Positions 31,265 to 46,773 of a DNA stretch of 64,000 nucleotides are shown piece after piece (positions within the stretch are counted from its first letter, which is position 1; each line of letters begins with the position of its first letter). Position numbers and translations under genes: made by a program. The DNA lies in NCBI RefSeq assembly GCF_009914755.1, contig NC_060925.1; one strand, 5' to 3'. A model generated the notes under the pieces. It was given only the letters and a program-made list of their open reading frames with translations. It made no database searches and had not been told where the DNA came from. The DNA comes from the human T2T-CHM13v2.0 reference genome, Homo sapiens.

Positions 31265-31597
31265 AGCCAAGTGCAGTAGTTCACACCTATAATCCCAACA
31301 CTTTGGGAGACTAAAGCAGGAGAATTACTTGAAGCCAGGAGTTCAAGACCAGCCTGGGCAACAAGTGAGACCCTGTCTCTCCAAAAATTTAAAAAAAAAA
31401 AAAATTAGCTAGGCACAGTGGCATGCCTGTAGTCTCAGCTACTCAAGAGGCCGAGGTGGAAGGTGGGCTCCTTGAATCCAAGAGGTCAAAGCTGCAGTGA
31501 GCTATGATTGTGACACTGCACTCCAGCCTGGGGTCGGAGGGGGAGAGAGAGAAAGGGAGGGAGGGACAGACGGAGAGAGGGAAGAAAGGGAAGGAAG
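31265..31597 (+). mobile_element. AluJ with purine-rich tail
   Basis: Diverged Alu dimer followed by a GGGA/GAGA tract. Confidence 0.8.
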
Positions 31598-33996
31598 ATC
31601 ACTATTTAATCGACTTCGCCATTATTAAGAAGATTAAATGTAGTCATGTGCCACTTACCTAAAGAATGGTATAGTGAAAATAGTTACTTCAGTTTAACAA
31701 ATATTTATTTGGCACTAACTTTCTGTCAGTGAAAATGGAAACAAAACTTGATATCCAGTCTCTGCTGTGCACTAAACAGCTGAACAGCATCAACCAAGTC
31801 ACTAAATCTGTTTCATCAGTTGCAAAATACACCAAGTGAACCAGAAGACATTCAAGGCCACCTTCAATTCTAAAATTTTACGATTTTAGAAAAGCAAAGT
31901 GGAAAAGCATATTGGGAATTATTTGAGCAAGAAGTATAAGACAAGAAAGGGAAGTGACTAAGACACCACCACCCATCATCGATTAGGAAAATATAACAAG
32001 GTCAGAGAGGAACCTGTACAATGGCAACTTCTTTGTCCTCTGTCAAATGCTGACTGTTCAAGGTAAAGTTCAATTTTCATTATAATAGCTAATTATGGTT
32101 TTCTAGTTAATGTTTTAAGGTACAACTTTTTTTCAAACTAATACATAAATTCATTAGCCAACCTATATTAACAGCTCACATAATTATGACAGAATAGGAG
32201 TTAGTCATGGAAACATTTAAGTTAAAATTATCGACTGTCAACAATAAGCTATTACATTATGAAATCACCCTTTAAGCACAGAAAGGACTCCTATCAATTA
32301 TGCATGATTTTCTTAAATTAATATTCCCATTCTGTTGTCTATACAAAATAGACGATAAAACAAAAAAGATTTATTTTGTCCACCCAAGACAGAGAGATTT
32401 ACTATTTTAAAAAACCAAAAGAGCAGTTATCCTGATTCTGTAACTAAAATATTCCCAAATCTGATGAGATTTGTACAGTTTTCTTTCTTACCTGAAAGAC
32501 AAGTGCTTAGTAAAAGGGTATGATGACTGCTAACACCATGTTCTACATATATCTCACATAAAGATAAAACCTCAAAGCAGTATATTCTTCATTATGTAAA
32601 TACAAAATTCTTGTACTTAAATGAAAATGTAATTATTATTTGATTGTGGGCCACAGAAGCAAGTGATGTTAATCAAGAGAATATATTTATTACAAAGTAA
32701 AAATTCAGACAAAACTAGAATTCAATCAAAAATATTTAGATGTAAGAAAGTCATTGGAAAAAGGAGTATGTGTTAACAAAAGACTTTTTAAAATAAATCG
32801 GTCATTAAACGTCTTAGTATTGTGCAACTCTAAGAACATGTGAGAATAAGAAAAAAGGAGGAAAACAATCTTTTAAAACCATGTCAGATGATTAAGCTAG
32901 CAAACAGTGAATCATGTCTAGTTATATTGCATTCAAGTTCTAGCTCTTGTTAGTCATTTATTTTAAATTAAAGCATCAAAGGAGTTCAAAAGTTGACATG
33001 CACACAAAAAAATTGTGGGAACTCAGCCCAGTTACACCCACTCTACATTACCTAAGATATGAGTGAAGCAGGTACCGAGAGTCTTAATTAATGCATAGGT
33101 ATGAGGCAACAAGGAATTCTTAATTATGAAGACTGAGATGCAAAAAAGCAAAAACTTAGCCAAAATAGTTCACTATAAAATATCTACATAATTTGGAAAA
33201 GGGTCTCTTTTTTTTTTTTTGCAATATATAGTGGTTTTAATTTTCGTTTACTACATCCAAAGTAAGAAATATTTTTACATTATAACCCAACAAACATTTC
33301 ATGAAACATTATTTACCTTTACTACATGTTATAGATGTGTATGTTTCCTATTTCTTCCTTTTTTTGTTTTATGCTGGTTACACCCTACTGCATTATTTCA
33401 CGATCTACCAATGGATCTTAACCTGCAGTCTGATGAACATTACTTTATGGCATGCATGGACCATTAAGTTTCAGCCTTGAATCAAATTCTAAATTAAGAG
33501 TATCAAGAATTTCAGTAAAAAAGAAAAGTTCTCAGAATCAAAGGAACAAACAGGCTAAGCAACAGGGAAAATTTTTGGAGATAGAAGCTGGATTTTGCCT
33601 TATTCTCACTTCATTCCATTTGTGAGCCTGAACAAAAAGTATAAATATGGCAAATAAATTAGCATTCTCACAGTAATCTTCTGTATGAGAAAGGTTGTTG
33701 TTTAACTACCCATAATATAAAAACACAGTAATCCTTAAGTCACTTGGAAGCTCCTTTCAGAATTTCCATTGGTTGCATTTTTGTTTTTTTCTTCCATCAA
33801 GTACATTCTACAATGTTTAAGGTAAATAGCCACTTCCTACTAAATATTGTTTTCATTTTATTTTATTATGAGAATTACAATGGCATTATTTTCTTTTATT
33901 TTGGCACAAGTGCAATATATTTTAATTAATTTATGTCTTAAACATGCTTTTATTTCTAGGCTTTTGGCCTGAAAATAGAACCACCATTTATAATAT

Positions 33997-34441
33997 TTGG
34001 AAACCAAAAAGTATCTATGACAGGTTTTAATCAACTTAGAAATTTATTTTGCCAGGCTAAGGACAATGCCTGGGAGAAAAAAAAAAAACACAGAATCACA
34101 GAAACAGTCTATTGTCTGTGCCTTTCTCCCAAGATGACTTTGAGGGCTTCAGTATCTAAAGGGGAAAAGTGGGCTGGAGGGGAAAGAGGAACTTGTCATT
34201 CAGATGTTCCAAGACAAAATGAGCAGGTAGGGGAATAGTCAAGTATGCATTGGCTTATGCTCAGTAAGCTGGCACTTTACATAAGATAAGGTGAACATAC
34301 AGTAGCTACCTGTGGAGATATCTAACCTTTTATCTGTAGCTCTCTGCTTTGAAACAAAAGGAAATGCAGTTGCTTGCATGACTCAGCTTTCAGCTTAATT
34401 TTAATAATGAATTGAGGTCGAGTTTAGGTTTTTCTTTCACA
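33997..34441 (-). mobile_element. MER4-group ERV1 solo LTR
   Basis: Minus strand begins tgtgaaagaaaaac..aaattaagctgaaagctgagtcatgcaag..gctacagataaaagg. Confidence 0.65.
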
Positions 34442-34499
34442 TATTGCTTCTATTAGAAAATGAAATTGAAATTCCAAACTGAGTTAGAAACTAATCTGG

Positions 34500-35535
34500 T
34501 GTTGCAGGAAGTCAGGGACACTGAATGGAGGGACCAGCTGGAGCCATGGCAGAGGAACATAAATTGTGAAGATTTCATTTTAATATGGGCATTTATCAGT
34601 TCCCAAATAATACTTTTATAATTTCTTACTCCTGTCTTTAATCTCTTAATCCTGTTAGCTTCATAAGCTGAGGATGTACGTCATCTCAGGACCACTGTGA
34701 TAATTGTGTTAACTGTACAAATTGACTGTAAAACGTGTGTTTGAACAGTATGAAATCAGTGCTCCTTGAAAAAGAACAGAATAACCGATTTTTAGGGAAC
34801 AAGGGAAGACAAACATAAGGTCTGACTGCCTGCGGGGTTGGGCAAAAAAAGCCATATTTTTCTTCTTGCAGAGAACCTATAAACAGATGTGCAAGTAGGG
34901 AAGATATCGCTAAATTCTTTTCCTAGCAAGGAATATTAATATTAATACCGTGGGAAAGGAATGCATTCCTGGGGGGAGGCCTATAAATGGCCGCTCTGGG
35001 AATGTCTGTCTTATGGGGTTGAGATAAGGACTGAGATACGCCCTGGTCTCCTGCAGTACCCTCAGAATTACTAGGTTGGGGCAAAACTCTGCCCTGGTAA
35101 ATTTGTGGTCAGACCAGTTCTCTACTCTCGAACCCTGTTTTCTGTTGTTTAAGATGTTTATCAAGACAATACGTGCACGGCTGAACATAGACCCTTATCA
35201 GTAGTTCTGCTTTTGCCCTTTGTCCTGTTCCCTCAGAAGCATGTGATCTTTGTTAGACCCTTATTAGTAGTTCTGCTTTTTGCCCTTTGAAGCGTGTGAT
35301 CTTTGTGCCTACTCCCTGTTCTTACACCCCCTCCCCTTTTGAAACCCTTAATAAAAACTTGCTGGTTTTGAGGCTCAGGGGGCATCAGGGTCCTACAGAT
35401 ATGTGATGTCACCCCCAGCAGCCCAGCTGTAAAATTCCTGTCTTTAAACTGTCTCTCTTTATTTCTCAGCCAGCTGACACTTACTGAAAATAGAAAGAAC
35501 CTATGTTGAAATATTGGGGGCGGGTTCCTCCAGTA
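34500..35535 (+). mobile_element. MER11 (HERV-K11/HML-8) solo LTR in FRRS1 intron 1, antisense to the gene
   Basis: tgttgcaggaagtcagggac...gaaatattgggggcgggttcctccagta. Perfect 6-bp TSD atctgg (34494-34499 / 35536-35541). Internal TATA-like ctataaa and AATAAA. Confidence 0.9.
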
Positions 35536-36755
35536 ATCTGGGGACAGTGTACATTTCTTAGCTCAGCATTTCATCTAGGATTTGGGGCAAACCTGGTGGG
35601 CTTAGCATTGTCACCAAAAACCTAGACTGGGGATAGAGGTGGAAATAGGTGTTCACCTGCTGAGTAGCAGAGTTAGGTAGGAAGACTTTTAGAAAAATAG
35701 GTAAAACCACAGAAGGATAAGGAGATTGACAGAGTCAGCAAGTTAAGACTAAGCACAAGATATATAAAGACAGCAATAAAATTTTGTGGACAAAGGGAAA
35801 GAAAAGGATTGTAGTTTTACTGTAGAGTCAAAGGAAAGGAGACATAGAGAAAGACGAAAAGAAATGAACACTCAGTGATGACCTGGCAGTTAGAAACCAC
35901 GTCTGATGGAATCCTTATAAGCAGCAGATTTATCTTCTTATTAGAGATGAGGAAACTGAGGTTAAGGAATATACCCTAAATCACACATACTTTTAGGATT
36001 TGAACCAAAATCTAACTGCAATAGCCATGTTCTTTTCACTGTTCATCACTGTTCCCTGTTTAGAGAGAAGGTGAAAAGTAAACAGGTCCAGCAAGGATCA
36101 ACATTTCACAGGGACAAACAAAGTGAGTGGGGAGCTATTGGGACAAAGGTTGAAATCTAAGTTCGCCTACCTAATTCAGAATGTTAAATCTGCTTTATAA
36201 GAGACTGAATAGCAATGTAGAGATTTATTTCATAGAACTAAAACTCCAGAAAGAATGAATGTAAAAATCCATAGATGCCTGAAAACAGCAAGTTGTCAGT
36301 AAGTGGTAATTGCCACTATTTATAATATCACTATTAACTTTCCATCTCCTCAATATGTGCTAATTTCTTCTGAACACTATTGGGCTTAGATAAACTGAGA
36401 TTTTTGCATGTTTCTTGCATTTGTATTTAATTTGTTCAAACGTAAAATATTTCAGAAAATGTGCTCCTTTTCTTTCTAGTAATTTAATTTTACCTTCATA
36501 GAAAACTTCTATGCCAAAAACTAAGTTGACTTTGATAGCTGAAACTCAAATTATAGGGAAATTGAAAAATAGGTCAAGTATTTCCACTTCCCCAGATAAA
36601 AATGTTTCAGACTCCATTTTCACAGAAGGAAGTGAAGAAAAAAATGATTTTTTTAAATTAACAATCAGAGTTATGACATTTTCAGAGAAGGTTCTAAAAA
36701 ACAAAGAGCATAAAAGTGGCACATTCAATACCAATTTAAGATCTGTCAGATCTGA

Positions 36756-37072
<317 letters not shown>

Positions 37073-37235
37073 AGTAGGAAAGACTTCTGAAAAAGATTTT
37101 AGAGTTTGAGTGAAAGTAAGACAAAGTAAGGGGAAAGGAAGAAAAAAACACTGGGAAAACAAAGTAATTTGAAACTCTACAATCTAATCCTAGTTTCTCT
37201 AATCACAGCACCATCAGCAAGTAATCTTTCAATTT

Positions 37236-37549
37236 TCTTTTTAATTTTGTTTTGGGGGGGTGGGGGAAGGGTCTCATCTCACTCTGGCGCCCAGGATGGA
37301 GAGCAGTGGTGCAATCTCGGCTCACTACAACCTCCACGTATCAGACTCAAGCAATCCTCCCACCTCACCCTCCCAAGTAGCTGGGACCACAGGTGCATAC
37401 CACCATGCCCAGCTAATTTTTTAATTTTTTTGTAGAGACAGGGTCTGACTATATTACCCAGGCTGGTCTTGATCTCCTGAGCTCAACCAATCCTCCCGCT
37501 TGGCCTCCCAAAGTCTTAGGATTACAGACGCAAGCCACCTCACCTGACC
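37236..37549 (-). mobile_element. AluJ
   Basis: Diverged antisense Alu. Confidence 0.8.
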
Positions 37550-39362
37550 AATTTTTCCATTTTCTTTATTCATTTTCTGGAAAAATGATTGGAAACAAAT
37601 ATCTTATTACATGATATACAGGTTTCATTTGGATCACTCCATGTAGCCCTCACAATAATTCTTTCCTTAAAACAAAATTCAGTGCTAAGTGGAATGGCCC
37701 CTTCTCTAAAGACCCAAAACTAATAGATAAAACAATAGTAAATACTATTAACCTATAATTGAATAATGTTACTATTTATTAAGTGCCTGCTCTATTCCAG
37801 TCATCACAGTCCTGCTTTACATGTATGAATGCTAATCCTTGGAAGAAACATACAAGGGTTTTTTCTGTTGTTGTTTTTACTGGTATGGAAACTGAAGCTC
37901 ACAGAGCTTATAAAAAAAAAATAGTGCCTAAGATCACACAGGGACAGAAATTTTAAAACTGCATTTCGCTATAGTAATTTAGAGGTATGGAAGAAATAAT
38001 AGTAGAAGAGTTAACAATTACTAAGGGCTTACAACACATCATGTCAAGGACTTAGTATGCATTCCTCAGAACAACCTAGGGAACTATGGGAGGTACTATT
38101 GTCCCCATATGTAAAATAGGGCACTGATTAAGACACTTGCCAAAGTTACAGAAAATGAGAGGTGAAAAGTATGGTCTCTGGCCTACTTTGTGAGGTTTTG
38201 ATCACCAAACTATCCATAGCTTCAAATCAGACCCTTAAGGCTGACACAGTAAGTAAATAAGGCATTATGGAAAAAGAGGGATTCTGAATGAGCATGATTT
38301 GAATTGGAGCAATGGGAGAATCAAAGGTAGAAATAAAAAAGTGAGAATGGACTTTTGGGGGGACTGCTCTCTCCACAGAAACTCCATAAGCGTTAGTTTT
38401 TCCTAATAAAGTTTATCATGTTTTTCCACCACATTTTTTGGAGGCAGTAAGGAAGTCTAACTAGAATCAAAATCAAATGTCAGAAATAGTCATTGTAAAA
38501 ATATTTTAATTAAGTCTGGTTCCTCTTTTACGTCTCTTTCATGAAAATATCCTTCTCCAAGACTTTTTCTCTTGGCTTTTCTTTCTTTCTTTTTTTTTCC
38601 CTTTTTTTTTTTTTTGCCCTGTTTCTCTGTAGGATCATCACTTCCACAGCCTCAATTATAACCTCTAGGATAGTATTTCTTAAATCTTTCAATTGCTCCA
38701 CCCCACAGCTCTACAATGCTGTGACACAGATTTCCAACTGGGTATGGACTTCTGTTTAGATAACAAAAAACTCAATTTGTCTGAAGTGAAATTCATATTT
38801 TCCTCCAGACTAGTTTTTGAACCTCACTTTCCTAATCTGATGGTGGTCTGTCAACACATTTCTCATCAGCAGGATTTCAAACCCCGAACTCTCAGGATTG
38901 GATTCCAAACACTCTTTTGGTCCCCAACTTCCACACAAGCTCTGCAGATTCTACCTCCACCAATTCTGCACTCTACCTATCCCTCTTGCAACTCTCTTCT
39001 ACTTTCCATTCTATTACATTTGTCTAGTGTTTTCCTTTCTGCCACCACCTCCAAGCATGAAGACTTCATTACCTTCACTCAGATTAATAAAACACTTTCA
39101 ACTGGTCTCCCTGTTTCTGTATCTCCTCAACACAGGATTATTTTCCTAAGGTACAATTCTCATTATACCTCTCCTCTCCCCGCAAAACACTCAGCAGCTT
39201 CCCAAGAATTATTAGATTAAGAAGCAAAGGCACTCGACATTTAATATTTTATACTTTTCTACACAACCAAAATTTCAAGAATTTTTTTTCCCTATACTGT
39301 AATAACAATGTGCCATCTGCTATTCCAGGAATAAGCTTCTTTTTCTCCTGAAGTTTTGCCTT

Positions 39363-39451
39363 CTAAATGGGACCCCTATTTTTCCCCTAAATGGGACCCC
39401 CTATTTTTATATGGACAGGAATTTGGTTAAATTCCTGTCCATATAAAAATA
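39363..39451. repeat. Tandem duplication (ctaaatgggacccc..tatttt x2) overlapping a perfect 23-bp inverted repeat
   Basis: tatttttatatggacaggaattt (39402-39424), loop GGTT, aaattcctgtccatataaaaata (39429-39451). Confidence 0.95.
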
Positions 39452-39658
39452 AATGTTACACTGAAAAATAAGATACAATAATCTCTGTACACTATGCTCA
39501 AACTAGGTAGAACTGTGTATTCCCCATTATTTCATGTAATATGCAAAAGAGTAATAATATCTGATATAAGCAAGGATGTGAAGAAACGAGCACTCTCATA
39601 CACAGGGACAATGGTAAACTGTCACATTTTTAGATGTTAACAATATCTTAGTAAATTA

Positions 39659-40033
<375 letters not shown>

Positions 40034-41431
40034 TTACAGAAAAACCCATACAGTTAAGCAAGGATTATTTCCAGTAGCAAAAATGTTGGATAATTTAAGT
40101 GGTTACAAAAATAAACTACGCTATACCCAAACTATATAATACTTGCTAAACGTTAACAAAATGAAATAGAGTAAACAGATAACAAATACATCAGCTAATA
40201 ATTATTGAGTGCATTCTAGGAGGTAGGCATTGTTTTAAGTACTTTGCAAGTATGAACTCATTTCACAAAAATCCCAAGACATGAATCTGCATGTTAAGAA
40301 GATACATGCTCATGCTCCACTGAGGAATCAAAACAAGAAAACTGCAAAATGATATGGAATGTACCAAAATATACATAACTTAAAAGGAAAAGAAAAAAAC
40401 CTTTATACATGCTTCCAATTGTTCTCAACAGTGTTTACCCCTTAGGAAGGTATGTGTTTTCAGGATGGGAAGAGTGGGCTTCCTTTCTTTAATGCCCTTT
40501 ATAATGTGCATTTTTTTTAAAGCATGTAGTGTTTTATAATTTCAAAAAACACTACAAAGTATGTACATGTAAGACTGTACAGAAACTGATTTGAAGGTGG
40601 TTAGATTTTTTCTTTTTTCTATTTTCAAACATTCTATGTTACTTTTACTATTTTTGTTTGTTTTGATAAAGAAGACCTTTACCCCTCTTTCAAGATCCAT
40701 TTAAAACGCCGTCAACTACTGTCCTATGATACAATGAAGTGTATGGACTTTGAAATATCACAGACCTAGGTTTGAATCTGTCCATTAATGTAATCCAGCA
40801 GGCACCACCATAGTGACCCTGGACAAATTATTTAACCTTACTGAGTCTTAGTTTTCTCACTTGTTAGAGACAATGCCACCAATATCAATGGCTTGCATGA
40901 GGATTAAATAAAATACTATCTCCAAAATATCTAGCACAATGACCACCATTAACAAAGTCTCCCATATAAAACTGTCTTCCTTTCTTGGATTCTTGCCTAA
41001 TTCCACCAACCTGAAATAACTGTTCACTCCATAAGCTTTAGTTTTTCCTAATAAATTTTATCATGTTTTTCTGCCACATTTGGTGACTTGTCTTTTGGTA
41101 AACCTCTGGATATCAGTAAAGGTGTCCTACACATTGATCTCCATTCATTCTGACTAGCAGACAACCTTCAAAACAGTACTCATACAGTGTGATTGTTATG
41201 TGAATTTTGAGAAAATCCAATATTAAAAAAGCTGACAGGTGTGAAACAGAGAGTACACTTCACCAAAAAAATCAACATACTGGCTAACTAAATGACGAAC
41301 TAAAACTCACTTCTCCAACCTAACAAAACCATCTCTTAAAAGGTCTTTGTTTTCAATAAGCTGATAGATCAAATTAAGCCCCCAACTTCAGTTCTATCCC
41401 AGTATAATACTCAAATCTTACCACTTTTTTA

Positions 41432-42112
<681 letters not shown>

Positions 42113-42589
42113 CTATGTTAAGAAATATTCCTAATAACACATTTACAATTTGAAAAATCCCCTTTACCCTTTAGGGCAGTATGACAAGCACACACAAAAA
42201 TAAGTGCAGTGATAACACCTTGCCACCCTGGAGTCTTTCTGAAATTTTAACGACACACCAGGGCTAGGGAGTGGGAGGGTAAGGGGACTAAAAGTTCTAG
42301 ATAAAAAGCCACTTTAAAAACCAAATAAGGTTCTAAGTGACCCTGATATAGGTAACCATGCCACTAGCTTTAAATATAAAAAAAGAGTTCCTACAGTTTT
42401 AAATTTAAAATTAAAAACAAAAAAAAAACTCCTGCAAGAATAAAGTCAATGATTTTCAGGATCCCAAACACGTCTCTACTTATAACCACCCATATCTTGG
42501 AATTAAAGCTTGTTAGTCAAAGTCACAGGACATATTAACCTAACTCGTTAGTGAACACTCATTAGCTCAATTCAAGCTCCAGAACATAG

Positions 42590-42850
42590 TTTCGGAATAC
42601 AGCACCCGTTCTGCCTGGCCGACTGCCCTGGTCAGCACAGGCGCTCGCTCTCCAGTCTGTCGCTAAGCTGGATTTGATTTTTAACGCTTTACAAAGAGCT
42701 TTGACATTAAGGAAAAAGACGTGACACTTACCTTGAGAAGCGAAGGCAGCCTAACCAACTTCCGGTTTTGTTACAACTTGTATCACATTTCAGCAGCTGG
42801 GTGGAGCCAGTTAAGCCTTGAGCCAAAAGGGAACCTTTCCCAAACTAAGC
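42590..42850 (-). promoter_or_regulatory. Putative TATA-less FRRS1 promoter with ETS (GABPA/ELK-type) site CCGGAAGT at 42765-42758
   Basis: The + strand has ACTTCCGG at 42758-42765. There is modest CpG retention outside repeats but no true CpG island and no TATA box. Adjacent to the exon 1 donor. Confidence 0.6.
42732..42760 (-). other. FRRS1: FRRS1 exon 1 (non-coding; 5' boundary approximate)
   Basis: Minus strand reads ...CCTTCGCTTCTCAAG|gtaagtgt, a perfect donor (GT at 42731-42730). It lies in a local non-Alu CpG cluster, directly downstream of an ETS motif. The TSS is inferred, not directly visible. Confidence 0.75.
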
Positions 42851-43320
42851 TGCAGAACTTGATTTGCAAGACCAGTGCTAGTTTTAGGACTCCATTTCTG
42901 AAAATTTAGAATTCTGTTTTACACTAAGGAACAGTGTTTGCCAACTAGTACCTACTTCGCCACAAAAATTATAGTTTTTGTGTTTAATTGCAAAACTATT
43001 TGAAAATACCTGTTCTATAATAGTGCTAAGTAAAAGCAAATTAACTTTTAAAAAGTGGAAAAAGATCAGATTGCATAGAACCGAAACCTTTCTGCAGTGT
43101 GAATGATATAATGCAAAAGAAATCTTTTATTTTGCAAATTACCCCTGAAATTTAGGAGTTTTGTTTCTTTTTAAGCCTTTAATCTGTTTCACAAGACTCT
43201 TTTGCAAAAGAAAAATTTTAGGGCTAGGAAAAGACAATGTAATTGAATTTTTAACAATCTTTGTTTTTATTTTGTTTTTTGTTTTCCTGTTTTTTACTTT
43301 TTTTCTTCTCTTTAATGTAA

Positions 43321-44448
<1,128 letters not shown>

Positions 44449-44952
44449 ACATATGCAGACTGGAAAATAGATTATGACCCATGCCTTGACCTGTGAATGC
44501 TGGTTATCAATCAACCCCAGTAAATTCTTTAAACCATTTTTAAAGAGAGAACAGAGAAAGGAACACCATCACGTTACGCTTTCTCTTAAAGAACTAGTCA
44601 CAATTAACAAAAGCCCCTCTCTACAGGTTATTAAAGAGAGGCTTTAAATAAAGATGACCCAGAGTTGGTTTGCTATCCTAAAGCTGCTGGGAACATGAAT
44701 AGTTTTAAACTAAGTCAGCTGATCTTCAGTTCTTCAAAGCCTCAAGTGGTGAAATAGCCTTCTGCAGATAACAGACCCTTTCCAGGAACTGTCCCCATTG
44801 CATGCCAAAAGTATGATATGTCTATAAAACAAAAACTCTTCGACTATATTATCAGAACCCTACATTCTAAAGCACTCTTAGGAAGTGGTACGACACAGTG
44901 GGAAGAACTGAATGGAGAGAGAGGCTAGCTTTGTCTAAAACAACCCTTTCAC

Positions 44953-45250
44953 TAGGCTCAGTGGCTCACATCTGTAATCCCAACACTTTGGGAGGCGGAG
45001 GGGGGTGGATCACGATATCAGGAGTTCAAGACCAGCCTGGCCAAGATGATGAAACCCTGTCTCTACTAAAAACACAAAAATTCGCCAGATGTGGTGGCAC
45101 ACGCCTGTAATCCCAGCTACTCAGGAGGCTGAGGCAGGAGAATGCTTGAACCTGGGTGGCAGAGGTTGCAGTGAGCAGAGATCACACCACTGCACTCCAA
45201 CCTGGCCAATAGAGCAAGACTCCATCTCAATAAATAATAAATAAATAAAA
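44953..45250 (+). mobile_element. AluS
   Basis: Full Alu with TAAA tail. Confidence 0.85.
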
Positions 45251-45458
45251 CACCACCCCTTCTGAGACTATCATTTCTCTCCATGTCCCCAGCTATAATT
45301 CCACCTTATCATTCCCTTCCAGATCACCTCTACCAGACTCTTCATCAACTCATCAGTTGTCACAAAGGAGACCAATTTTATTAAAAATTAGTTTAATGGA
45401 GCTTAGATCCTAAGAAGTTAAAGCTACCCTACTGGTTACCATTCTCATGCCTCTATAT

Positions 45459-45910
45459 CAGCAGTTCTCAAACTTTTTTTATTTCAAGGTCCCTTCACAA
45501 CTTTGAAAGATTATTATGTACATCAGAGATGCTTCTTTATGTGGGTGATATCTATTAATATTTTTGTATTAAAAATTAACAGAAAAAGTTAAATATTCAT
45601 AAATTTGTTTTTAAGTGACAATAATAGTTACATGTTAACACAGTATCTTTTCTGTTGCTTATATTATTGTTTTTCAACAATAAAAAATTTAATGAAAAAG
45701 TATAGCATTTGACTAGTCTAAAAAAAGAAAAAGTATCATTGTTTAAATTGTTGCAAATCTCTTTAATGTCTGGCTTAATAGAAGACAGTAGGATTCTCAT
45801 ATCTGCTTGCATTCAATCTTTTGTGATATCATGTAACACCTCATGTAGCCACTGGAAAACTCCACTGTATATTCATGAGAAAATGAGAATGAAGAAGGCA
45901 AATAAAGTAT
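45459..45910. mobile_element. hAT-type DNA transposon fragment
   Basis: Starts cagcagttctcaaactttt, a typical hAT-Charlie terminus. Subfamily not assigned. Confidence 0.5.
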
Positions 45911-46437
45911 AGCAAGAACAATAATTATCATTTATTGAACACTCATTTTAACCAAGGCACATATATTATCCTATCCATTATGAACATCCTTCAGCTGAGA
46001 ATGCTAAGGACCTGCGTGGCTAAGTAAATTGCTGAAGATTAGACAGAGAAGTGGTAGACAGGATCCTAAGCCAGAACCACTGTCTCCACTGAGCACCACC
46101 GCCAAGTCTGAATGAGGTCTGATGAACCAAACTTAGGAACTTGCCTGCCCTATTATACTCAGCATTTCAAACAAGTTTACATTCAAAGAGAACGTCTCCA
46201 GTTGATTAGACACAGCCTTGACTCAATACATCCAAAACCCACCATCTAAAATAAACTTATTCTCACTTAGCCTTTAATTATATTCATCTCACCCAAACAG
46301 CCAAATTCACCCCCTCTTCTCCATCTCCACTGCCACTATTCTGGTTTATGTCCTGGACTGTTGTCTCAACTGAACTACAGTCATTATCTACTAAATGCTT
46401 CCAGTTTCTCATCAATCTAATTAGCTATCCCACATAA

Positions 46438-46773
<336 letters not shown>

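Noticed and set aside
38693-39220. 175-aa plus-strand ORF
   Set aside because: It has a non-ATG start, lies in pyrimidine-rich L2-like sequence, and shows no recognisable domain or splice support.
42829-42841. NF-kB-like GGGAACCTTTCCC near the promoter
   Set aside because: The spacing does not fit the 10-11 bp kB consensus, so it is not supportable from sequence alone.
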